A stretch of DNA of 64,000 nucleotides from Octopus sinensis (taxonomy: Eukaryota). The translations under genes and the position numbers were made by a program. Under the pieces are notes generated by a model. It saw only the letters and a program-made list of their open reading frames with translations. It ran no database searches and was not told the origin of the DNA. The stretch lies in contig NC_043000.1 in the NCBI RefSeq assembly GCF_006345805.1, positions 54,188,001 through 54,252,000 of the forward strand. The letters run 5' to 3'. Shown here piece after piece: positions 38,340 through 52,666 of the stretch (its first letter is position 1; each line of letters begins with the position of its first letter).

Positions 38340-38993
38340 ATCTCTTCTGCCTGTTCATCGAGGTTGTTCCCTGCATACAACTGTTCAGTGTACTCTTTCC
38401 ATCTTTTCCTGATCCCTTCTTGGTCATGCAGTTCTTCACCATTTCTCCCTCGGATGGTTGCTTGTCTGGCCATGAATGCTGTACGGGTCTTCTTTAGATG
38501 TTGGTAAAGTTCTCTCATGTTCCCTTTCTTGTATGCCTCCTCTGCCCTTGCACATTCCTCATTCCAGTATTTCTCTTTGTCCTTCCTGGCGGCCTGTTGG
38601 AACAGTTCATTCAGGCGCCGCACTTCATCCATTCGAGCTTTGGTGATGGAGAAGACTTTTGCGGATCCCATGGACAGCGTGGCTCACCAATAGAGAAGTT
38701 CTTAAGCAGATCAGGCAGAAAATGTCGCTAGAAGCTAGGATCACCAAGCATAGATTGGCATATTTCGGTCATATTATGCGGATAAAATCCCTGGAGAAGG
38801 ACATCATGCTCGGAATGGTCAGTGGCAAGAGAGGAAGAGGCCGACCAAGAACCCGCTGGCTTGACACCATCAAGAGTGATACCGGAATGGACATAGCCAA
38901 TCTGAAAGAAGCGGCCCAGGATAGAACTGACTGGAGGACACTGATCCAACGAGTAACCGAGAGTCGACTTCGACTGAGCGGATAGATAGATAG
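38340..38993 (+). mobile_element. RTE/BovB-like LINE copy with an inverted 5' segment
   Basis: Plus strand from ~38630: FELW*WRRLLRIPWTA...AYFGHIMR...MLGMVSGKRGRGRPRTRWLD, ending in a (GATA)n tail. Minus strand ~38630 to 38340: RLNELFQQAARKDK...IRKRWKEYTEQLY (APE-RT linker). Confidence 0.9.
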
Positions 38994-39354
38994 TATTTTA
39001 ATTGAATTAAATATATTTTAATAGCCCCTTCTGTATTACCATTAGGCTAATCTCTCTAACTCCGAAACGCGTATACAGTTAATCAGAGCCGGGTAGATTC
39101 GTTATTTTTCTCTTTACCTGCGTGGGTTGTTGTGCATTGCTGTCTGGGAGATATTTTATAGTAGTAGAATAGTAGATTTTAACTGCTTTTCTAAATTCGG
39201 TATGTGGTGAAGCAAATTTTGCTGAACCCTAATTATACTCATAGTTATAAAATTTTTGTATAAGTTTACCGATAATGGTTCTTTTCAACAAACCGAACTA
39301 TTTGGTAAAATTATTAATTATTAATTAATTAATTTTACCCTTTATTATTATTGA

Positions 39355-39395
<41 letters not shown>

Positions 39396-40553
39396 TATCT
39401 TACACTCCAAACATATATACATCACGTGTGTGTAAATAAATATATATGTATACATATATGTTTGTTTATACATACATAGAGAGAGGGAAAGAGATAAATA
39501 GACGTATATGTATGTGTGTTTTTGTGTAAGCGTGTGTATGTGTATGTACGCACGCGTGTGTGTGTTTAATCTTTTTTGTATTAGTCTAAGTCCTTTCACC
39601 ACTAGAGATCAGTTTATACGATTGCCGTTCAAGGTGTTTCTAACCAGAAACACCTGATCACGACTATTCTCTTATCTCCAGACAATAAGCTGTCTTTGCC
39701 TTTAATGGAAAGTCAATTTTTGAGAACACTTCATTCTTGAAATAAGCTTCCCTTATATGGAGCTAGTCTTAATTACAGTTTCGGAATTATGACAAACACT
39801 CGAGAGGCAGAAGTAATTCTCATAATCAAGAGTTTATATTGCATGCTGTTTGATATATCACTATTTGTTAGTGTTGTTCATCTACAAGCCATTGCCCATT
39901 CTATGTTGTCCATCCGATCTTATTTTTGTTTAAATTATGCAAATTACTTCGGATATAAATGAGTCCAACTTTTTTGTATAAATATAAGACCCTTCACTAC
40001 GAATGATATGTTAGGATGATTGTCTTGCACATGGCGACTATCTGAGCCAAGAACACATGACGTGTCATGTGTGTATGTGTGTGTTCATATATATATTTGT
40101 GCATATGTATATAATGTATACACACATATGCACACACATAAAGGTGTATGCGTGGATATGTGGTAGGAAGCTTAGAGGCCCATTCTTGCTTCAAGCGATT
40201 CATCTTCTTCACAAAGATGCTTAAATTCCAAATAGGAAAAACGATTTAATACAGCGAAATTTATCAATCTGCAAAAATTATAGGTGTAAATTTGAAGAGA
40301 CGTCTGTCGTAATTCAAAAAGTAATTTTGAAGTATAAATTACTTACAAACAGCGTCTATCAAGAATGCCTGATTCTTCAGTACGTAAATATATAAGCATA
40401 CACATATACATCTACACTCACATACACACACACACATACGTAGATCCGTGCAAACATAAGTACATAGTACATAGATACATACATACATGCATATATATAC
40501 ACACATATATATACATACAAATATATATATACACACATATATACATATATATA

Positions 40554-40600
<47 letters not shown>

Positions 40601-41879
40601 ATATATAAAGTATAAGGAGAAAATGGAGAGGTAATTAATAATATTATTTATTAATTATAAAATATGACAGTATCTCTGACAGCTGTTTCGTTCCAGAATT
40701 CTTAAGATAATTAATCTATAAAAGTAAAATCATTATAAGATTAATCTCTTCCCGGGTAGTAAAGACATACCGATTAGAAATACATGCTGAGATAACGGCT
40801 ATAAACCGTTTACTGATAGCATATATACAAAAAGAGCCGGTTATAGAAGGCTCCGATCCAACATAGGGGGAGAAGGTAGTATATATTTTGCGGCTTTAAG
40901 AAGGAAAGGAAAAGATTAATACAAAATCAAAGGGTACTGAGAAGGAGAAAAAGAAAAAAAGGAGAATAGGAAGCAGAAAACTCATATATATATATACATA
41001 TATAATGATGTCATATGATATCATGCTTATGTATGATATCTACAATATAAAATTTCGTTTTTTGATTTGGTTTGCAAGATTCTTTATATTCTGTTGTGTC
41101 TGGGGAGAGTCATTTTCTTTTTGTGCTTTATGATATAACACACTCACCGGTAAAATTTCCACTTTTTTCTTATATTTATTTTCCTAAAATTTTCGTTGCG
41201 TCTTGCAACCTTTTCAATAGTTTTGACTCTATCCGTTATTTACACTGCATTCCCTTTTGTTTGATTGTGCGCATGTGTGCGTGTCAGTCTGTGTGTGTGT
41301 GTGTGTGGTGTGTGTGTGTGTGTGTGCCTATACATGCATGCATGTACGTATGTATGTGTTTGTATGTGTATGTATGTATATATGTGTGTATATATGTATG
41401 TATATATGCATGTGTATATATGTATGTAGGTGTGTGCATCTGTATGTACGTATCCTGCATATTTATGTGCTTGCATGTCCGTGTTTGTGTATTTTCTATG
41501 TATGTGTGTGTGAGCATGTGTTTGTATCTGTATGCACCTCTGTCTCCTTGTGTGTCCATGTCTGTGTGTGTGTGTGTTATGCAACTATGTATAATGTTTG
41601 TATGTATGGATGTGCATCTTTATATGTGTGGATCCGTGTCTCCATATGTGTCTATTCTTATAGCATATGTACCTATTCGTCTGTACGTTGATCTGTTTAT
41701 TTTCATGCTTACATACATAAAAAGGAGGGGGGCGAATACACACACACTTACATACGTCTATCTACCTAACAGTCCACTAACTATTCTACTCTACCTGTGT
41801 AAACTGTGGGTATGGAGGTATGGTATTTACTATGTATATTTCCTATTTAGTATTGGGGAGGTTTCGTTTATAAGGACGT

Positions 41880-42330
41880 ACTCCCGTATTTGCCTGAGTG
41901 TTGGGTCTTTTGGGTGCTTGGATAAGATGCGGATGGCAAGTTGACCCAAGTTACCTCCATGTTGGTAGAGATGTTCGTAGAGGCCACAGCCCATGGAGAG
42001 CTAGCCCGTAGATTTAGAAAAGCTCTGAAGGAGACCAAACTCAGCATTAAAATTGTTGAAAAGCCAGAGAACTCCGTCAGATCACAACTACGTAGGACGT
42101 ACCCCTTTAGGAATATCATATGCACCATTGATAACTGCATGGTATGTAGGATTAGCCCTGGCATGAAGTGTAGAACTCAAAATGTAGTTTACAGCATAAG
42201 ATGCATAGAAGGTGCTTGTAAGGACATGAACATGGCGTACATAGGGGAGAGGTCTAGGAGCATTGCGGAACGAATAAATGAACATCTAAGACAATATGAC
42301 GACAGAAAATAGCCCTCCATACTCTATGCG
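41880..42330 (+). pseudogene. Penelope-like element (Neptune-type linker) GIY-YIG endonuclease fragment
   Basis: FVEATAHGELARR...KIVEK...CTIDNCMVC...CRTQNVVYSIRCIEGAC...YIGERSRSIAERINEH; Cys-rich linker followed by the VVY/YIG motifs. Confidence 0.88.
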
Positions 42331-43089
42331 CACGCATACACACACACACACTCACGCACACACACGCACACACACACACATACACATATATATATATATA
42401 TATACATATATACATACATATATATATATACATACATGCAAATACATGCGCGCACGCATACACACACAAGCACACATATATATATATAAATGTATGGATA
42501 TATATACAGACATGAAAAATAATAACAAATATAAAAGCAAAAGCAACAAAAGTCGTACAAAAGGAGGTACGCAGTGAATGTATTAGGTTGATGCTCAGTT
42601 CAAGATTAAAAAAAATACGAGTTGTGAGGTTTTGAGCATGGCTCTTCGTCACATATATACACCGAGATGGACCACCATGTCTACAAAACACCACTTGTCA
42701 CTCATAAGAAGTCCATAATGTGAGTGTGAAAATTTTCGAGAAATACAAAGTTATGTAGTTACTCCATTTCTTTATTTCGTGTTTTGCGTTTTTATTTACA
42801 AAGAGCTATTTTTTCGATTATATACAGAAGACGTCACTATCCATTCCTAGGTCTGCAAACAGTAAAGAAATTTGTTTGTGTCTGTCCAACGGACTTGCAG
42901 CTCTGCTAATCCAGTACTCTGGACAGGTTCCTTATTTCGTCAACTATTGAATATATATATCAACTGGTATATATATATCAACTGGTTCGTATTTTATTGA
43001 CCCCGGAGGGATAAAATGCAAAGCTGACCTCTGTGAAATTTAATCTAAGAAAGTAAAGCCGGAAAATATGCCACTAAGCATATATGTAT

Positions 43090-43090
43090 A

Positions 43091-43142
<52 letters not shown>

Positions 43143-43164
43143 ATTATTATTATCATTATTATTA

Positions 43165-43252
<88 letters not shown>

Positions 43253-43290
43253 CATTATTATTGTTATTATCATTATTAGTATTATTATTA
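43090..43290. repeat. Long (ATT)n/(ATC) microsatellite
   Basis: Directly visible; source of the poly-I and poly-L ORFs. Confidence 0.95.
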
Positions 43291-44974
43291 AACTATCCTC
43301 TATTTGATATATTAAGGCTTAATTCTTTTTGCGTATACTTGAATACAACGATATATATATATGGGGGATACGTGTGTTTGTGTGCATAAATATGGCAGTT
43401 ACAGTGTGTATGCAGGTATTTGCAATGTGTATTTACAATGTATATGCAGGAAGGAAAACGGGGAATTGGAGAAACATTAAGTACAGCTGGTCTGATGATG
43501 ACGATGTTAATGTGACAAAATTTCATGTAAAGGCACATCTGGAGAGTTAAATATACGATGAGATAGTAAGGAACAATGAGTGCTGGTTACTTCCATTGTC
43601 TGAAGTGTGTTTACATGAATATTTATCGATCAATCTTCAAGGAAATTTGGTCAGAATTAACGGATAGAACTGTATAATGATGCACGGATATCTTAGTCTG
43701 GAGAAAGCCCAATTAACATCGTTTGTCTGTTAGAAACAAACTTATTTACAATATATGTTCTTATTTGGCTTTCAGTTTCTTTAAAATATCATTGTCAACT
43801 GCTTTACTCTTCGGTAGTCGATGTTAAGGTTCAAAGTTTTATCGAATTGCAGTTAAGACAAACCAGGTAAATCATGAAATATTGATTTTGATTGTAGGAA
43901 AGAATTTCGTTTGTATTTTTTTCTAAATCTATTAGACACACTAAATACCTGGTATGTAATTTTTGTTTCCTTTGAGCGCTTACAGAATTCATCAAAAAGT
44001 ATTCATAAGACAAAACAAAAAAAAAAGATTATTGAAACTAAGTGTGGCACACCTCACCTTGCAACTATATATACAAAGAAGCAAACAAACAAGCATACGT
44101 ACAACACATACATACATATATGCATGCAAAAATACACACACACATATATATACTCAAACATGCATCCACCCATACACACTTACATAGAGACGAGTTTAGG
44201 AATGGTGAAATATTTTGGTGTGTATTATCAATTGTTTCCATAATACAATTTGTTATCCTTGACTTAATTTAGCTTTGAAGGAATCCGATTATGAAACCAG
44301 AACAGTGTGGTGCAGTGTCTTCATTCGCTCTCACAGGACGTTAAGATAGACAGGGTGAATATAGAAAGAAATGCGTGAAGAGGGAGTTGAAGATAATATG
44401 AATTCGTGGCGTTGGCCTTGGGATTGCAAGCTTGAATTTTGACACCTTAACAGGTGTAATTGCTTGAACTCTTCATAAGGAAGGTAAGTTTGAAATGTTG
44501 CAACACAGTATTTGTTACAATGTACAAGTTAAAAAGGACAGTTGGTATACGACAGTAAATCTCCAAATCATTTTATTACTTTAGGGACATGGGATTGTGA
44601 AGGGAGGTGCTGGAAGCAAGATACAGAAGGAGAGAAAGCGAAAATACTGATAATTACTGTCAATAATCAAAATAACAGATGTTGAAAAACACATATTGAC
44701 TTAAACGTGTCTCAGTTTTAGATGTACAAACAAGTCCAAAACACTTTCTGAAGCCGGGTGCAAATAAAAATTGCAAAAATCCGACTATGTTGCCGTTAAT
44801 CTAGTCTACCAAACTAATCATTCGAATTTTTCTATCAATTTTAGAAACTCTGTTCTTAACAGCCACGAAAATTAAATGATTTCACACTAAATTTCTAAAT
44901 TCGTATGATGTAAATAATATATTCTTATGATGTAAACAATATATATGCAAACAACATGTATATAGACAGATAGG

Positions 44975-45039
<65 letters not shown>

Positions 45040-48000
45040 TGATAGATAGATAGATAGATAGATTGACAGACATACATACATGCATACATACATACATACA
45101 GACAGACAGACAGACAGACAGACAAATAGATAGATAGATACGCAGATGGACATACCCATGTAGATGAATAACAACTTTTGCATAAGAATTTAGCTGATTT
45201 TGATTGAAATAAACCTTGAGTCAATAGGAGTATTACGTCGAGTTTCATTGCCAGCCAACACAATCAGGAGCCGTCTCATATTAAGCAACGTAAATAAATG
45301 TAATGTATTACACTGTACGCGTTTGCATTGAAATCCAACTTTGGCGGTGATAGAAAAGGAATATATACAAAACGGTAAAAATATACAATAAAAAGAAAAA
45401 TAATAATGTTATGCATGCGCAATAAGTACTCGGATATGAAAGATAGGGTGAAGTGATGTCGAGATAGGGAACTTCGACGATTTAGAAAGGTGAATATATG
45501 CTTAAAGATAGAAATTAAATGCAAGAGAGTTGAATTGGTGCACTCACAAACAAACTCGAGCGGAAGGATGGAACGGATAGCGGTGTTGGTAATTTCATTT
45601 TAGGTAGAGAATTGTTAAACTGTATGCAACAAAGATGTACAAAGAAATGATAAGAGAATCGGCGTATTAATGTGTTAAACCAAATATATATTATCTATAA
45701 AAGGTTATGTTGGACATATGAACATTTCAAGATCTAACTTTCCAATCGTTAAAATTTACACGAGTTTCCATAAAGCGGAATGTAACAGGCCGTATGTTGA
45801 AATCAATTGTCATATTTCGCAAGTTTCCCAAGTACGGTATACCGTAACCGGAGATTCGGTAGCTTGTGGCATAGAGGTATGTCTTTATATTTATGTATAT
45901 GCGCAGCGTGTGTACGTGTTTGCATGTTTGCGTGTCTATGTATGTTTGTGTATATGCATGTATATGTGCATGTATGTCTGTATGTTCGTGTAAATGCATG
46001 TATGTGAGTATGTGTGTAGCTAGCCTGGAGCTGAATAACAATTGATCTTTATCGTTATGAATGTAATTTCTCAACACTACTATTCGAACAATATTTTCCA
46101 AATATCACACACACACACAAAACACACAGACATGCACGCACACAGATACTCACACAACACATGCACACACTCTCTTCTCTCTTCTTCTCCTTCTCACTCT
46201 CGCTCTTTCCACCCAAACCTGCAGTATTTCGCATATACATAATTTTAGTGAAATATTTCTATATAGTATAGATGAGAGTATTCAGAATCAGCGAATGTCA
46301 TAATCTTCTCTGTCATGCAATGATTATGTGCTTAAGTCATCATTCAAAATATGACATATAAATCTCTTGTTTATGAATGCAATTTTTAAGCAGCATTAAA
46401 TGATATTGTATTATGAATTCTATAGGTCAATAGCAGTTCGATATGTTTGAAAAATATATAAATACCCGAAAAGGTCTTTGGTTGGAAGTTTTATGCATTG
46501 CATTATATTTTTTGCATTTGCAGTTGCATATAATCTATAGTTTATTACAAACTAATACCTGAAAGAAATATAAAATTTTAAAACTAAATCCATATCAAAT
46601 GGGAAAATCATTTGACGTCTGAAATTCTAAGTTGTACACAATAACTTTCTGATGTTTCATTATTAATTCATTAAATATTTGATGCCAAAGTAATTCCTAG
46701 TTAATGAAACATTAGACAGCGCCAAGCAATTTTTATGTACATTTATAATAAAGAGATTCACATTTTTTTTATTCCTTGGAATTCAAACAACTTTTGAAGT
46801 TTTATGCGATGGAAAATAAACTATAGGGTAAATAGTAAAAACAAGTATTGTTTTATCTCCAGTATGATAATTAAGAGCAGGTATAGCGTTCAGTAAAACT
46901 ATCATATTCTATATGGCTTAAACAGTATCAAATTTTTTTCTTGGATGAATGAAAGAAATACAAGAAGAAAAGTCAGACCGGCGATCAAAATATTTACAAC
47001 ATGAGGCAAGTGACGGCAATAGTGGTAATAATCCTAGTGATCGGTAAAATTTGAAATATAAGCCACAATATTATATATTTCCAGATCCGCAATAATTCAA
47101 TGTCTTTAGGGTGGCTAATATTTCTTAAATACGAGCATCTGTTATATACCATGTGTTTATGAATTTCGGTAAATTTTCATCAAACCATGCGACTCATACT
47201 GTCAGTTACCGACGTTCAGCTCAGGGATTTTAACGATCAGCAGTTGAAAGTATGTTGTTATAAATAGCTGTTTTCCCAGGGGAATTGAATTCAACACTCA
47301 TAGACAAATAATGTATTGGCTATCTTAAAACTCCTACTTCTAACTACTACAGAAAATTATTCCATAGCTAACAGCCAAATTAGTTAAAGATGAATCTGAA
47401 CCCGCAAGATTTAGCTGCTAAATCTCAGTCCCATCACATTTATTATCTTAAAAAACAGGTTCTGTGAAATCATATAATTTTATCTGAAAAATTATTCGGG
47501 ACGGTCAGGGTTAGAATACCTTTTACCTTAGGTCTGTTTAATTAAGGATAATCAAAGGTAAACAAAATGAACTTCAACTTCAAGCTTGGGGAATTTGATC
47601 ACTGAGAATTACGTGATTTAGCCACGAAGTCAACACAGCACTGGTTACAGGATACATTTTTGCAGATTGGTTCGTCTAAGGTAACCCCGGACAAGACAGA
47701 TTTCACAATTTCTCCCCAAAGACCTGGACTGTCTTCAGGCAGAGCCATATTGGGCAGATACTCACAGGCTTACGGGTTAAGGTTTCAATTCTGACCCATT
47801 TTTTTTGTGGCTTGCTGTCAATAAATATAACTCAGGTATGCTGTCAATCTATATGGCCCAAATTTATCCAGGGGCCTACAATATTGCTTAGGCGGCTATG
47901 CCAAAACACCCAAAATGCCTCTGTGTGTAGCACAAATATTTTCAGAACTTATATTTGGAAAAATCACAAATTTCATTTACACAAATTTTATTTCCATCAC

Positions 48001-48235
48001 AAAATTTCATTTACACTCACATAATATATATTATCTTGGGGATTTGTTCGTATACAACCGAGATAAATGGTTTGCAACAAGTGAACCTCATTTCTAAAAG
48101 ACACGAACAGGCTCAGGTTATTACGTCGAACACGATAAAGTATTTTCACTTCTAATTTGAAACACGATTCTGCAGTAATAATAGCAAAACACACACACAC
48201 ACATACACACACACACACCACACACACACACACAC

Positions 48236-48302
<67 letters not shown>

Positions 48303-50335
48303 TGCATGTGTGCGTGTGTATATATTTATATATAGATACATACATACGTATACGTCGTTGCTATTATGTTACACTGTCGTATGTCCTAAATTGGCAAAAT
48401 GAGTTTTTCACAATATTTATTTTTGCTAGCAATAGCCGGTTCTTTTGGTCAACCTATCGTATCTCCAGCTGCTTCAGATGGCAATTGTCACAGTGTAGTA
48501 CAAAGGTTTTGCTATGGAATTATGAAACATTTTTTGTTTTTTTCTGAAAAAGCAACGTTTTGGACTTACGATATTTTTGCATAAATAGCAATGATATATA
48601 TATACATATGTGATAAGAATTAAGAAACTTCAAGATGAACGTGAATAAATTTTGTCTATTTTTTCAACACATTTGAAACCCGCACCATATGGTGCTATAA
48701 ATGACAGCGTGTTAATATTGGGATATCAGAAAACATTTAATATATTAGTGTGACAGACAAAAAGAAATAGCCAATGAGAGGAGCAGTTTTGTTGTTTGGG
48801 GATTTAATGCTTAACCTTCTTAAGTGTTAATGTCACGTGAAAGATAATCTTTTAAACAGAAAGATTTAAATGTCCAAATATAAAATTCCATGGACAAATC
48901 GGTAGATATTTGGATAGATATATTCGTGGTAATGTTAATTGGTGAATAAGGAGTTACGATGAAAAATATTTAGAGAGCCGAGCTTATAAATATGTAGAGA
49001 AATAGATTAGTAAGATAACTCATATGGTATTCTATTAAAGTACGATAAACTTAATTGTAGTATGAGACTTGTTGCTAGCTATACTGTCATTTTATGAGTC
49101 ATAAGCGCTTTTAGATTTTAAGGTGCTTCATCAGACGTGATGTTTGCTGCCTAATCACACTCTATCATTATTCGGAGAAACACTCTATATATTGCTGTCT
49201 CGACATAACTCTGACAGTTTATGGTGGGCAGTGGCTTTCATTACAAAATCCGCTTTGGTTACCTGAATATTTACTGCATCTTTATCTAGTGGTAAAACCT
49301 TGTTCCTCATCATAGCTAAAGTTGGAAGGCTGTATTAGGTGACCTTGCTTTATAAAAATGGTCCAGGACAGCTGGTAGAGATGTCTTTTTGTCGATCCAG
49401 TGTATTTGCTCTGCCTCTAACTAATTAAGATAACTGTGTTTCTTTCCAAACACACTGGTTGCATATTATGCATCAGGCCATTCATTGATCTCATTGAGCA
49501 TCATCTGAGGAAGCGGGCTTCGTATGTGATGGACTATTGTACGAAATATTTTCTTAGATTTAATCTCGACTTGTTATTCTCATAGGAAATTCTGACTTCT
49601 CAATATTGTTTCATAAACGGTTTTCAAGTGTTTCCTCATCGTAGGGTAGATCGACATAAGCCCAGTTTATTTTTTTTATTTTGCCTTCGTGTTCTTTTCT
49701 TTTTCATTGTTTTTCATTCTTTTTCGTTTTCATTCTTTTCTTTTTTACTACTGATGTTGCTCTTTTCAGTGTATGTGTATGTATGCATGTATATGTGTAT
49801 ATTGTGCTGTGTAAGTTAACGAGTATTCAGCGCATTCAATTTAGATAAATTTGAATAATTATTAATGAGTATTCATTGTTAGGAGTTGAATTGTATCAGT
49901 ACATCACCCAACCATTTTGGCTAATCATCGACCACCTTGTTTCAATGCAGATCAATCTACGACAATAAATCCACATATAATTGCTACGTTATGAAACACA
50001 ATACACAAATGTAGACCACTCACATAGTGATTTATTATCGGCAAGATTAATGATGATGACCGACAGGGAATCCTCCTTTAAACTGTACTTTATATTGAAT
50101 ATTAACAGAAATGGTGAAACAAAGATTAATTATCGTGAAAACAATATAGAATAATTAACTTTAAGTGAAGTCGAATTTTCGCTCTATGCATTATTACATT
50201 GCACAAAAATAAATGATTCTCATTTGAAACGTAAAATATCTATTACACTGGTTGAAATTAATAAGCAAAAGTAAATAATACGCTATTCGAATGACACAAA
50301 AAGCACTCTATCAATAACGTAAAAAAAAGGTGCTA

Positions 50336-50520
50336 CTTTAGTTTGTGGACTACTGTAGTGACCGTGGTCTACCGTGTGAAATGACATGATCTGGATAAAG
50401 GAATGGGCTTAGTAGTTAGGACTAGGGGTTATGGTTATGGCTTAAGATTAGGATTAGCATCTAGAAGTAGGATTCAGTTTAGAGTTCGAGTTAGGTCTGG
50501 GCTGCAGATTACAGTGTAAC
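50336..50520. repeat. Degenerate telomere-like (TTAGGG/TTAGGA) element, homolog of 7608-7867
   Basis: ACTTTAG..GTG.GACT.CTG...GTGA...TGATCTGGA followed by TTAGG-rich repeats aligns loosely with the reverse complement of 7800-7870. Confidence 0.45.
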
Positions 50521-52666
50521 TGGTCAGATAGGCTGCGTGCCAAAGAGGCAGAGGTAAAGTTTGGTTCCGTCTGAATTCAAAGTACGAAGACGATTGAGTA
50601 TATCTAAAACGAAACTAGCTTTTGGATGCTGGTTAGTGATGATACTAAGTTGTACAGTGCAAAATTTATGTGGTTCAATAGAGTTTTTAATTAACCTCAT
50701 AAATTGAAATGTACTTCCTAGGTGAAATGCGTCCATTTTGGTGGTTGAAGATATTTCTTCTCAATGTTACTATATTCTAATTTTCAGTACACTGTTGCTT
50801 GTGTGCAGCGTTAAAAAAAAAACCTTTCATTTAAATACACTGATTGTAGTGATGAGATATAGCGTTTTCGAAATGTGACTTAACAGGTGATATAAAAAAA
50901 TAAGACAGCCATTCGGAATTATCAAATTCAAATTGATTTAAACATCAAAATTTAGCACTGAAGATTATTACAGACGATGGTTGAAAAAATAATTTTCATA
51001 TTAAGAATACTGTATAATTAGCGTTAAATGGATTCGAAATTTCACTGCCTTTTACACTGAACATTATATAATTAGTGCCACCAAGTAAGCAGGAAAGAAA
51101 ACTATTCTATTAGACGATGCGGAAGATATGTTGTGAGATATATTTTCCATATATATATATATAAATACATGCGCTCATATATAAATATGAATGTGTGGGT
51201 GGGTGCACGTGCGCGCGTGTGTATTGTGCTGGAAAACTTGTCATATTCAGAGAAAGAGACAGAAAGGTTAAAGTAATATATCTGTGGTGATTGAAGTTTC
51301 GGACAGACACGTTTTTCATGGTTGAGATAATAGGGGACAATGAAAGAGAGCAGAAATTTATATGCCTCGTGCTTTCACGATTTGCTGCAACTGATGAAGA
51401 ATGCAAAAGAATGAGTGAGTGCATATGTAAACCGAAAGGAACTAGGACATCGATAAACGAAAGAGAAATATATAGAAGATAAACCGACATGAAAAAGATA
51501 GAGATAAAATTTAGTGATAGGCGAACTAAAGGGAAAAGCCTAATTTTTTTGATTTTTCAGCAACTGAAAAAGAAAGATGTCCATAAAAGTGGTCTGTGCT
51601 TTGATTTCGAGTTTGAATATGAAAAATTTATTTCTTACTTTTGTATGACTGTGCAGATCCCTGATGTGCTGTGTTGCCAGGCACTAGTAAATGTGTATTG
51701 CATCTTGTTGTGTTGCAGTGGATGGTGATGGGCGAATCTGGCATATATAGTTGAATCCTGCAGATGTGCTCGTGGAAGTGATCGAAAAAGTGACGGTGTG
51801 TTTTACTTGTTTGCAAATGAAATAGTATATAGCATTTTTCACGAGCAACAGAAGATTTTATACAATGTAATACTGAAATTTAGGACCTTCTACCGTGTTG
51901 CTGTCCTCCTACCTTCTTTATGAATACCTTTAAATCGGATTCCCCTCTTCCTCACTTTATACTCCTTCATCTCCCCATTGAAACGAACACTCATTCGCAA
52001 TTTCCAAATCCTGCTCTCTGTCTGCAACCGCTCCGATCTTTACCATATCACTTATCCTCCCCTTCAAGAAAGATGATAATCTTGACAATCGTTTATCCAG
52101 AAGATACATACTGACTGGTAATACGAAACCAGATACTTTGAAATGCAATATAGTTGTAAGAGATGCAACACCATACAGCAAAATACTGCAATCATCAACA
52201 ATGCTGCAGACAAGAACAACCTTAACTCATAATGCCACACCATGCAAAAGGCCTGGTATACATCAATCAACTTTATATGCTGAATCATTTGCAAACTTTT
52301 TCTACTGCATTCTTTGTATAGTCCTTTTAGTCTTAGCCTGAACAGCCCTGCCACTGGCCCTAAAAGTCAGGAAAAAGTGCCAAACTGATCGTTCGATCAC
52401 TTTTTGTTTCAATTTAAAGTAACTCCAGCACATGCCTAGACTCAGGCTTGTGCGAAGTACACTCATATCGGTCGGTCTTTTGTGGCTGCGTCAGTCATAA
52501 ATGTACAGGCGTTTACAGTAATTCAATGCTGCGTCTTCTGTAGTCTCCTTCCCGTAAAAATGCAAATAATATAGCGTGCAATCGAGGGCCATTGCGATTC
52601 GTTGGTCACACATTCATGTGCTTTCATTTGTAGTGCTCTTTAAGGAGTACTATCGGTGCCTGGTGG

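Noticed and set aside
39632-39655. Perfect 10-bp hairpin AGGTGTTTCT-AACC-AGAAACACCT (and ACCTCG-GAAA-CGAGGT at 62629-62644)
   Set aside because: Isolated short hairpins with no associated element end or context.
44453-44488. Strong donor AAG|GTAAGT with a nearby upstream AG
   Set aside because: All three frames of the implied exon contain stops; no support for a non-coding exon either.
49130-49620. Non-repetitive, moderately GC-rich stretch examined as an exon or TE relic (also 47560-47820 and 51950-52350)
   Set aside because: Stops in all useful frames and no recognisable motif.
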